Assembly (NCBI GenBank): GCA_021324015.1
Contig: JAJPJX010000117.1
Coordinates: forward strand, 5,058 to 29,057
DNA from: Solibacteraceae bacterium
Lineage (GTDB): Bacteria; Acidobacteriota; Terriglobia; Bryobacterales; Bryobacteraceae
Reading direction: 5' to 3'
DNA: 24,000 nt
The notes beneath the pieces were generated by a model. That model saw nothing but the letters and a program-made list of their open reading frames with translations. It did not search any database and was not told where the DNA came from. Both the position numbers and the translations under genes were made by a program. Of this stretch, positions 17,422 through 24,000 are shown piece after piece (position 1 is the stretch's first letter; each line of letters starts with the position of its first letter).

Positions 17422-17904
17422 CTATAGCCCGTATGCGGTCTTCAGAACCTCTCCGGCGGTTTTGAGGAGGTGTCCTCCGGGGCCTTTCCAGGAGTTTCGG
17501 TCGTAGTAGTAGAACCAGGGCACGCCGGGAAAGTAGTGGCGCAGGAGCGGGGCGCACATTTTCGGGCAGGGAATGCGCTCGGTGAAGATTTGCAGGACGC
17601 GGAGATCGGGCCTCACGCGGAACCACTCGGCGGCCTTGCCTTCGGAGTGGATCCCCACCTCGGCATCCGGGGTGTCCGCCGGCCCGAATTGGCGCAGTAA
17701 TTCCGCGATGGTGGTGTTGGGGTTCACCAGAATCCGTTGGACGCCTTGCTTGTCCCGATAGAGCCAGGCGGTGACGTTGATCGCGCCGAGATATTTGGGA
17801 GTGGTCAAGGGCGGCGCATGGGTGCGCCGAAAGGTGAGCGCCGCCTCCGGGAGACGCATGTCGCAATGGGCTTCGATCGGTCTGGAGTTGGGGATCTTTG
17901 GCAT
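17422..17904 (-). CDS. Hypothetical 160-aa protein with a cytidine-deaminase-fold-like zinc motif (HSE ... PCx3C); putative toxin-type nucleic-acid/nucleotide deaminase
   Basis: Intact ORF with AGGAG 6 nt upstream of the ATG. H86-S-E88 is encoded at 17641-17649 and P112-C-P-K-M-C117 at 17554-17571, within GIHSEGKAAEWF...LRVLQIFTERIPCPKMCAPLL. The functional call rests on motif and secondary-structure-context recognition only. Confidence 0.6.
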   Translation of the reverse strand: MPKIPNSRPIEAHCDMRLPEAALTFRRTHAPPLTTPKYLGAINVTAWLYRDKQGVQRILVNPNTTIAELLRQFGPADTPDAEVGIHSEGKAAEWFRVRPDLRVLQIFTERIPCPKMCAPLLRHYFPGVPWFYYYDRNSWKGPGGHLLKTAGEVLKTAYGL

Positions 17905-17910
17905 GGCTTA

Positions 17911-17915
17911 CTCCT
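17911..17915 (-). promoter_or_regulatory. Shine-Dalgarno sequence of the deaminase-like gene
   Basis: The minus strand reads CCAGGAGTAAGCCATG: AGGAG, a 6-nt spacer, then ATG. Confidence 0.5.
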
Positions 17916-18117
17916 GGACGCCGGTGTGCCGAGAATCGGTTGTAGCATATTTTGTTCGCGGCGGAGCAGCGGTGGCGGGGAGTGCGAGACGATGCAGCGT
18001 TCTTTCGCCCCTGACGGGGCGTGGAGGCGGGGAATTACTTCCGGTGGAGGGAGCCGGAGAGAACGGAGCCGCAGGGTTGAAGGACGCGAGCAACGGCACG
18101 TGTGGCTGCGAGGGGAG

Positions 18118-18489
18118 CTATCGGAGCGGCAGGACCCGGGCGCGAGGACGGCCCGACCAGTCAAGCGACACGACTGCGCCACGTGCGAGGTCCTCGGCGC
18201 AATCGGCAAGTGCTTGCAGTAGTGCCCGACCGCGGAGCTCGGGTAGGAGTGGCTCGCCGCGCAGCAAGACTATGCTGGGTCCCGCGGCACCCGTGTGGGC
18301 GAGGATTTGCGGGAAATCCAGGTCGTTGGTCAGAAGCACGTATCCGAGCGTGCGGGCGTACTCGCAGATTTCCTTATCTTTCGCTGATGCGGAACCGAGG
18401 GAAGACCAATGACACGCCTCATGACCATTGTTGTTGAGATATTCAACCCAACGGGGCGTCAGATTCATGTCCAGAAGGATGCGCATCAA
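18118..18489 (-). CDS. DUF5615-family PIN-like domain protein (putative toxin of a DUF433/DUF5615 pair)
   Basis: 123 aa: MRILLDMNLTPRWVEYLNNNGHEACHW...SAKDKEICEYARTLGYVLLTNDLDFPQIL. This matches the DUF5615 pattern (acidic residues in LLD, a TxD-DF block). It overlaps the upstream DUF433 gene by 4 bp. Confidence 0.8.
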   Translation of the reverse strand: MMRILLDMNLTPRWVEYLNNNGHEACHWSSLGSASAKDKEICEYARTLGYVLLTNDLDFPQILAHTGAAGPSIVLLRGEPLLPELRGRALLQALADCAEDLARGAVVSLDWSGRPRARVLPLR

Positions 18490-18758
18490 CTCGCGAGGCG
18501 AACTTCATGGCCTTGAGCCAAGCGGGCGGCGAATGCGAGCGCCTCACGGATGTCCTGCGCTTCCAGATAGGGAAAATCGGCGAGCAATTGCTCGACCGTC
18601 CGCCCCGCAGCTAGAGCTTCCACGATCATTCCGACAGTCACCCGCATGCCCCGAATACACGGCTTACCGCCCATGACCTCAGGATCCATGGTGATGCGAA
18701 GAAATTCCTGCACGGCGCCATCATAACGTATCCAGCAGGGTTCGGGGCGCGGGATCAC
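18486..18758 (-). CDS. DUF433-domain protein (putative antitoxin/HTH partner of DUF5615)
   Basis: Core ITMDPEVMGGKPCIRGMRVTVGMIVEALAAGRTVEQLLADFPYLEAQDIREALAFAA is the canonical DUF433 signature. The annotated GTG start overlaps the ADOP stop (GTGA). An internal start is possible. Confidence 0.85.
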   Translation of the reverse strand: MIPRPEPCWIRYDGAVQEFLRITMDPEVMGGKPCIRGMRVTVGMIVEALAAGRTVEQLLADFPYLEAQDIREALAFAARLAQGHEVRLAS

Positions 18759-21187
18759 TCCTGGCGGAGGGCCTGGAGGGGATCGAGGCGGGCGGCGCGG
18801 CGGGCGGGGAGCCAGGCGGCGATTAGGGCGGTCGCGGCGAGGAGAGTTAAGGCCGCGGCGAGCATCCAGGGGTCTTTGGCGGAGACCTGGAAGAGCATGG
18901 TTTGCAGGAGGCGGAGGGCGAACAGGGCTCCGGCGGCTCCGAGCAGGGCTCCGGCCGCGGTCCAGCGGGCGGCATGCAGGAGGATGAGGCGGGCGATGGC
19001 GGCGGGCGTGGCGCCCAGGGCCACGCGGACGCCGATTTCCTGCGTGCGCTGGGCCACCAGGAAGGAAACCACGCCGTAGAGGCCGATGGCCGCGAGCAGC
19101 AGCCCCATGCCGGCGAACAGGGCCAGCAGGACGGCGTTGAAGCGCGGGCGCTGAGCCAGCTTGCCGATTTGCTGGTCCAGGGTCTCGATGCTGACGGGGA
19201 GGGTGGCGTCGAGCGCGGCGACTTCCGCGCGCACCCAGCGGGACATGGCCGCGGGATCCATGGGCGTGCGGATTACCAGGGCGGCGGCGCGCGGCAGGTT
19301 GGCGGGGGCGCGCTTACGGATGTCGTAATACTCGGGATCCTGGCCCGCGGCCAGGCCGGTGTTCTTCACATCGCCCGCGACGCCGATTACGGTGCGCCAG
19401 GGACCGATGCGGCCCGGCCGGATCTGCCGGCCCAAGGGGTCCTGGCCGGGAAAGAGGCGGCGGGCGAGCGCGTCGCTGAGGATGACCACGTCGTGCCCGG
19501 GCAGGCGGTCGTCTTCCTGGTAGGGGCGGCCGCGGAGGATGGGGATGCCGAGGGCGGCGAAATAGCCGGGGGTGATGAGGCGCCAGTTGACGCTGCCGCC
19601 GGTTCCGGCGGTGAAGCGCGGGCGGCCCTGCACGTCGATGGCGGCGTAGAGCATGGCGCCGGCCGGATTGGGCAAGGGCGGCAGGGAATCGCTGAGGGCC
19701 AGTTGGGCTACGCCGGGGACGCGGGTGAGGCGGGATTCGAGGGCGTCAAAGAAGGCCGCGCGGCGCGCCGGGTCCGGATAGCTGTTACGGCCGAGAGTGA
19801 AGGTGGCGGTGAGGACGCGATCGGGGCGCATGCCGAGCGGCTGGTTCTGAAGGTTCCAGAAGCTGCGCAACAGCAGGCCGGCTCCGGCCAGCAGGACCAC
19901 GGAGACGGCGAACTGGGCGGCGACCAGGGCATGGCGGAACAAATGACGACGCGCGCCCAGGGTGCGGGCGCCGGTGAGCCCCTCGGCGGTTGGACTCTGC
20001 CAGGCGGGCGCCAGGCCGAACAGGACGCCGGAGACGAGCGACAGCGCCAGGGCGAACAGGAGCACGCGCAAGTCCAGGGAGGCTTGATGCAGGCGCGGAA
20101 TGCCTTCGGGCGCGATGGCCACGAAGAGGCGCAGCAGCAGGAAGGCCAGGGCGCATCCGGCAGCGCCGCCGGCGAGCGCCAGCAGCGTGCTTTCGGTGAG
20201 CGCCTGGCGGAGGAGGCGGCCACGGCCGGCGCCGAGGGCGGCGCGCACGGCCAGTTCGCGGCGGCGCGCGGCGGCCCGGGCCAGCAGCAGGTTGGCAACG
20301 TTGGCGCAGGCGATCAGCAGCACGGACAGCACCGAGGCAAACAGGATCCAGGAGGCCAGGCGCGCCTCCCTTACCTGGCGGTCGCGCAGGGAACGGACGC
20401 GGAGCTTGATCTCCTTGCGGAACTCGGGCGATACGAATTGCAGCGCGTCCTCCAGGAGCGGCTGTAAGGCGGCCGCGGCCTGTGCCTCAGTGATGCCGGG
20501 TTTGAGGCGCGCGATGGTCCGTACCAGGATGGCGGTGCGGCGGGTACGCTGCTCGGCTTCGTCGAGGGCCTGGGGGACCAGCAGATCGGCAGGGGCGAGC
20601 CAGGGCATCTCGAAATCCGGCGGCAGCACGCCTACGATGGCGGCGGATTGCCCGTCGAGCGGGAGGGGCTTGCCGACGACGGCGGGGTCCGCGGCGAAGC
20701 GGCTGCGCCAGAGCCCGTAGGAGATGAGCGCGACTTTAGGCGCCTTGGGGCGGTCGTCCTGCGGGGTGAAGTTGCGGCCGAGGACGGGCTGAACCGCCAG
20801 CGTGGGCAGGAAGGCGGCATCCACGTAGGCGCAGCGCAGGCGCACAGGATTGGCGTCGGTGAGGTCGCAATCGCCCACGCCGGTGGAGGAGGCCATCGAG
20901 ACGAAAGGGGTCTGGCGGGTGCGCCAGTCGAGGTAGTCGTAGCCCAGGAGAAATTCCTGCGGCGCGATGGGGGCGAGCATGCCGAAGGAGACCAGGCGAT
21001 CCGCCTGGGGGTAGGGAAGACTGCGGAAGAGGATGCGGTCCACGACGCTGAAGACCGCCGTTCCGGCGCCGGCGCCCAAAGCCAGGGCGAACACCGCCGC
21101 GAAGGTGAACAGGGGCGCGCGGCGGAGGCCGCGGGCGGCGTAGCGCAAATCATGCGCGAGGATTTCGAGATGGCGGGAGAAGGACAT
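18755..21187 (-). CDS. ADOP-family permease (duplicated MacB-like/FtsX), second paralog, without prefix domain and without adjacent PadR
   Basis: 810 aa. Begins HDLRYAARGLRRAPLFTFAAVFALALGAGAGTAVFSVVDRILFRSLPYPQADRLV. There are two FtsX modules (e.g. GVRVALGATPAAIARLIL). The C-terminus WLPARRAARLDPLQALRQE is typical of the family. Confidence 0.9.
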   Translation of the reverse strand: MSFSRHLEILAHDLRYAARGLRRAPLFTFAAVFALALGAGAGTAVFSVVDRILFRSLPYPQADRLVSFGMLAPIAPQEFLLGYDYLDWRTRQTPFVSMASSTGVGDCDLTDANPVRLRCAYVDAAFLPTLAVQPVLGRNFTPQDDRPKAPKVALISYGLWRSRFAADPAVVGKPLPLDGQSAAIVGVLPPDFEMPWLAPADLLVPQALDEAEQRTRRTAILVRTIARLKPGITEAQAAAALQPLLEDALQFVSPEFRKEIKLRVRSLRDRQVREARLASWILFASVLSVLLIACANVANLLLARAAARRRELAVRAALGAGRGRLLRQALTESTLLALAGGAAGCALAFLLLRLFVAIAPEGIPRLHQASLDLRVLLFALALSLVSGVLFGLAPAWQSPTAEGLTGARTLGARRHLFRHALVAAQFAVSVVLLAGAGLLLRSFWNLQNQPLGMRPDRVLTATFTLGRNSYPDPARRAAFFDALESRLTRVPGVAQLALSDSLPPLPNPAGAMLYAAIDVQGRPRFTAGTGGSVNWRLITPGYFAALGIPILRGRPYQEDDRLPGHDVVILSDALARRLFPGQDPLGRQIRPGRIGPWRTVIGVAGDVKNTGLAAGQDPEYYDIRKRAPANLPRAAALVIRTPMDPAAMSRWVRAEVAALDATLPVSIETLDQQIGKLAQRPRFNAVLLALFAGMGLLLAAIGLYGVVSFLVAQRTQEIGVRVALGATPAAIARLILLHAARWTAAGALLGAAGALFALRLLQTMLFQVSAKDPWMLAAALTLLAATALIAAWLPARRAARLDPLQALRQE

Positions 21188-21238
21188 GCCGGCTCCCTCA
21201 AAGAATTTAGAAACCGGGGCGGGGTGGAAGTTCCCGGG

Positions 21239-23560
21239 CTAGTACAGGAGGTATTTGGCGCGGAGGGCCAGAAAGGGCTGGAGATCGGTTTGTTGTTTCT
21301 GCTGTATGGCGCGCGGATCTTCGCCGGCTTCGAGGGCGCGCATGGTTTCCTGGTTCCCGATGAGGCGGCGGTTGTCTTCGAAGCGGATCTTGGCGGGATA
21401 GAGCTTTTGCAGGGCGGCGGCGATTTCGAGGCCGAGGCGGGAGGAATCGAAGCGTTCCCGATCGGTGATGACAAAACGCACGCCCTCGACGGTCTTGCCG
21501 GCCAGGTGCGATGCAGACGGGCGGAGACGCGTGGGGTAGACGCGCACGCCGGGGATCATGCGCTGGTTCAGATACGTGGCGAATTCCTCGCCCTGGATAA
21601 AGTCCGCGCCGATTTGTTCGAAGGGGGCATCGGTGCCGCGGCCCACGGTGTAGTTTTCGGCATATTCGAGCATGGCTACGCCGGGGTAGAGGAGGGCGGC
21701 GTTCAGGCCGCGGATATTGGGGGAGGGATCGACCCAGGGGAGGCCGGTGGAGTCGAACCAATCGCCGCGCTGCCAGTCCTGCATGCGGACGACGGTGAGC
21801 CTGGCCCCGATGTGGTTTTCGGCGTTGAACATGGTTGCCATTTCGCCCATGGTCATGCCATGGCGCAGGGGCAGCGGGAAGTAGCCGACGAAGGAGAACT
21901 TGTCGCGGTCGAGCAGCGGGCCTTCGACGCGCACGCCGGTGATGGGGTTCGGGCGGTCCAGCACATAGTAGGGGATGCCGGCCTTGGCGGCTTCCTCCAT
22001 GGCGTAGGCCATGGTGGCGATGTAGGTGTAGAAGCGCGCGCCCACGTCCTGGATATCGAAGACCAGGGCGTCGAGGCCGCGCAGCATTTCGGGCGTGGGG
22101 CGGAGAGTTTTGCCGTACAGGCTGAAGACCCGGATGCCGGTGGCAGGGTCGGTAGTATCGGCGAGGCCGGGGCGGTCTTCCCGGCCGGCGAAGCCGTGTT
22201 CGGGGGAGAAGAGCGCCTGGATGCGGACGCCGGCGGCCAGCATCCGGTCGATGTTGCGGCGACCCTGGCGGTCGATGCCGGTGTGATTGGTGATCAGGCC
22301 GATGCGTTTGCCGGCGAGGGGGCGGAACTGGCCGGCCTCGAGCACATCGAGGCCGGTGCGGACGGCGGCGTTGCGGGCCACGGCGCGGTGGATGCCGGCG
22401 CCGGCGAAGGTTTCGTTATAGCCGGCCAGGATGACGCCGGGCGCGGCCACGCCCAGCGCGGCGGCGGCGATGGTGGCCACCTTTCCGCGCAGCGCGGTAA
22501 TGGCGTTGCCGCGGTGCGGGTGGACGCTGTTGGTCAGCAGGATGACGTACGTTTTGGAAGCGGGGTCCAGCCAGAGAGAGGTGCCGGTGAAGCCGGTGTG
22601 GCCGTAGGAACCGAGCGGGAAGAGATCGCCGCGGTTGCCGGAATAGGGCGAATCGATGTCCCAGCCAAGGCCGCGCAGGATGGGTTGGTCCGGGGGGCTC
22701 TGCGGCGAAGTGAACTTGGCCACGGTAAGCGGGCCGAACAGGCGCGTGCCGTGGAGCTCGCCGCCGTTGAGGAGCATCTGGCAGAAGCGGGAGAGATCGC
22801 CGGCGGTGGAGAACAGACCGGCGTGGCCGGCGACGCCGCCCATAGAGCGCGCGGTCTCGTCATGAACGGCGCCGCGGAGCACGGGGCCGTCGGTGCCCAG
22901 TTTTTCCGTGGGAGCGATGCGTGGTTTCCAGGAGGCCGGCGGCAGGAAGGTGGTCTCGCGCATGCCGAGAGGCTCGAAGATGTTGCGGCGCGCGTATTCG
23001 TTAAGCATCTGGCCGCTGAGGCGGTGGACGATCTCGCCCAGCAGGATGAAATTGATGTCGCTATAGACGAAACGTGCGCCGGGCGGACCGGCGGGCTTAT
23101 CGATCAGAGCCAGGCGGATGCCGGTCTGGTAGCCACTCCAGGCGGGTTCGAGCGTGAGATCGGGGCGCAGCCCGGAAAAATGCGTCATCAGGTTGCGGAT
23201 GGTGATGTCGCTATGGCCGCCTTGAAATTCGGGGAGATACTGGGTGACACGGTCGTTGAGGCGGAATTTGCCCTCCTCGAGGAGTTTCATCAGCGACGGG
23301 GTGGTGGCCACCACCTTGGTGAGGGAGGCGAGATCGAAGATGGTATCCACGGTCATGGGTTCCAGTTCGGGAACCAAGGCGCGGTGGCCGTAGGCTTTGC
23401 GGTGCACGACCTCGCCGTTGTGGCCGATGAGCAGCACGGCGCCGGGGATCTGCTTCTCGCGGATGGCTTCCTCGACGGCCTGATCCAGCAGCGGAGACGC
23501 AGAGAAGCTTTGCGCGAGGGCGGGCGCGGCGGCGACAATCGCACACAGAAGCGAGCGCAT
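21239..23560 (-). CDS. Secreted fusion protein: N-terminal beta-lactamase-fold serine hydrolase (AmiE/AmpH-like) plus C-terminal DUF1343/NamZ exo-beta-N-acetylmuramidase-family domain
   Basis: 773 aa. Signal peptide MRSLLCAIVAAAPALAQS. SxxK (DLASLTKV), YSD and HTGFTG motifs of the class-C-like beta-lactamase fold in residues about 20-370. From about residue 385 come DUF1343 blocks: GKRIGLITNHTGID, ALFSPEHGF, DALVFDIQDVGARFYTYI, VLDRPNP, PLPLRHGMTMGE and PWVDPSPNI. Confidence 0.88.
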   Translation of the reverse strand: MRSLLCAIVAAAPALAQSFSASPLLDQAVEEAIREKQIPGAVLLIGHNGEVVHRKAYGHRALVPELEPMTVDTIFDLASLTKVVATTPSLMKLLEEGKFRLNDRVTQYLPEFQGGHSDITIRNLMTHFSGLRPDLTLEPAWSGYQTGIRLALIDKPAGPPGARFVYSDINFILLGEIVHRLSGQMLNEYARRNIFEPLGMRETTFLPPASWKPRIAPTEKLGTDGPVLRGAVHDETARSMGGVAGHAGLFSTAGDLSRFCQMLLNGGELHGTRLFGPLTVAKFTSPQSPPDQPILRGLGWDIDSPYSGNRGDLFPLGSYGHTGFTGTSLWLDPASKTYVILLTNSVHPHRGNAITALRGKVATIAAAALGVAAPGVILAGYNETFAGAGIHRAVARNAAVRTGLDVLEAGQFRPLAGKRIGLITNHTGIDRQGRRNIDRMLAAGVRIQALFSPEHGFAGREDRPGLADTTDPATGIRVFSLYGKTLRPTPEMLRGLDALVFDIQDVGARFYTYIATMAYAMEEAAKAGIPYYVLDRPNPITGVRVEGPLLDRDKFSFVGYFPLPLRHGMTMGEMATMFNAENHIGARLTVVRMQDWQRGDWFDSTGLPWVDPSPNIRGLNAALLYPGVAMLEYAENYTVGRGTDAPFEQIGADFIQGEEFATYLNQRMIPGVRVYPTRLRPSASHLAGKTVEGVRFVITDRERFDSSRLGLEIAAALQKLYPAKIRFEDNRRLIGNQETMRALEAGEDPRAIQQKQQTDLQPFLALRAKYLLY

Positions 23561-23625
23561 GCAGCCATGATAGCGGAGGGTGCGCTCTTTACGGTCGCGG
23601 CCCGGTTACCGGGGTGGGGGGCGCC

Positions 23626-23655
23626 ATGCGGGTGGGATGCCGGCCTGCCTGTCCA
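23626..23655. repeat. Perfect 12-bp inverted repeat (hairpin GATGCCGGCCTG-cctgtc-CAGGCCGGCATC); possible terminator or operator
   Basis: Read directly from the sequence. It lies between the ABC-F gene stop (23833) and the fusion-gene start (23560). No T-run follows on either strand. Confidence 0.6.
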
Positions 23656-23832
23656 GGCCGGCATCGCTTCAGGACAGCGCGGGGTAGTGTGCGAGGTTCC
23701 TACGGGGAATTTGGCGCGGGGCGGTTTGCTTGGCTAGGGTTGGATTGGGGATCAGGCCCAGCATCGTTGCGGATAATATCACCAGAAAAAGACCAGGTCA
23801 ACCGGAATTTTTCAGAAATGATGTGGAGTTTA

Positions 23833-24000
23833 TCACGATTTCAAAGTGGATTCGAGCTCGGCCCAGCGGTCGTAGAGGCGGCTGACGGCTTCCTCGGCGG
23901 ATCGGAGGCGGTCATAGGCTGCCTGCATGCGGACGGGGTCGCGGACCACGTCCGGGGCGTGCAGGTGGGCCTTGGCGGATTCCACTTCCTGCTCGGCTTC
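23833..24000 (-). CDS. 3' end (last 55 codons plus stop) of an ABC-F-type ATPase gene, truncated by the window edge
   Basis: The minus-strand translation is open to the window edge: EAEQEVESAKAHLHAPDVVRDPVRMQAAYDRLRSAEEAVSRLYDRWAELESTLKS, then a stop. The coiled-coil tail ending in LYxRWxELE is typical of ABC-F (Uup/YheS-like) proteins. It is too short for the ORF track. Confidence 0.55.
   Translation of the reverse strand, partial: EAEQEVESAKAHLHAPDVVRDPVRMQAAYDRLRSAEEAVSRLYDRWAELESTLKS

Noticed and set aside
17074-17866. ORFs 17074-17427 (+), 17127-17330 (-), 17330-17866 (-) and 17470-17761 (+)
   Set aside because: They overlap the deaminase-like gene or the 5' fragment of the split gene in other frames. 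Their translations are low-complexity and none restores a frame across the IS, unlike the 52-codon MGDETEF... frame.
18902-20467. 521-aa plus-strand ORF
   Set aside because: It is an antisense shadow of ADOP 2, Gly/Ala/Glu/Gln-rich with no motifs.
20648-23737. 1029-aa plus-strand ORF
   Set aside because: It is an antisense shadow of the ADOP and beta-lactamase/NamZ genes. It has the typical high-GC shadow composition (G/A/E/D/V-rich with no motifs), while the opposite strand has strong family signatures.
1-24000. Search for CRISPR arrays, tandem repeats, and rRNA or tRNA genes
   Set aside because: By eye I found no regularly spaced direct repeats, no cloverleaf-compatible segments and no rRNA-like sequence. 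A computational scan (tRNAscan-SE, Infernal, a CRISPR finder) would be needed to exclude small ncRNAs.

Overview
GC-rich chromosomal window (about two-thirds G+C by eye, not computed). The gene content suggests Acidobacteriota (inference): two ADOP-type duplicated FtsX/MacB-like permeases, one of them translationally coupled to an acidobacterial-type PadR regulator, plus a DUF1592-family/DUF1552 pair. Core genes I can support: GNAT acetyltransferase, AlkB dioxygenase, a CPA2 cation:proton antiporter with an RCK domain, PadR-ADOP, a secreted esterase-family hydrolase, the DUF1592-family (two CxxCH motifs) and Tat-signal DUF1552 pair, a second ADOP permease, a beta-lactamase-fold + NamZ (DUF1343) fusion protein, and the 3' tail of an ABC-F ATPase gene at the right edge. 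There are two insertion sequences. At the left edge is a frameshift-decayed ISAzo13-family transposase. At 15282-17087 is an apparently intact IS1380-family element with 15-bp imperfect terminal inverted repeats and a 5-bp target duplication (ATTCA). Removing this IS plus one duplication copy in silico rejoins two minus-strand fragments into one uninterrupted 287-codon ORF. That ORF lies in a lower-GC accessory islet (about 14.4-18.8 kb). The islet also holds a truncated DUF433 gene stub, a DUF433/DUF5615 (PIN-like) toxin-antitoxin-type pair, and a stand-alone 160-aa protein with a deaminase-type zinc motif (HSE ... PCx3C). The deaminase-like gene and its IS-disrupted, unclassifiable 287-aa downstream partner are my best candidate for an undescribed toxin/immunity or defence module. 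Neither novelty nor function can be established without database and structure searches. Many long ORFs in the supplied track are antisense shadow ORFs typical of high-GC DNA and were rejected. No rRNA, tRNA or CRISPR array was seen.
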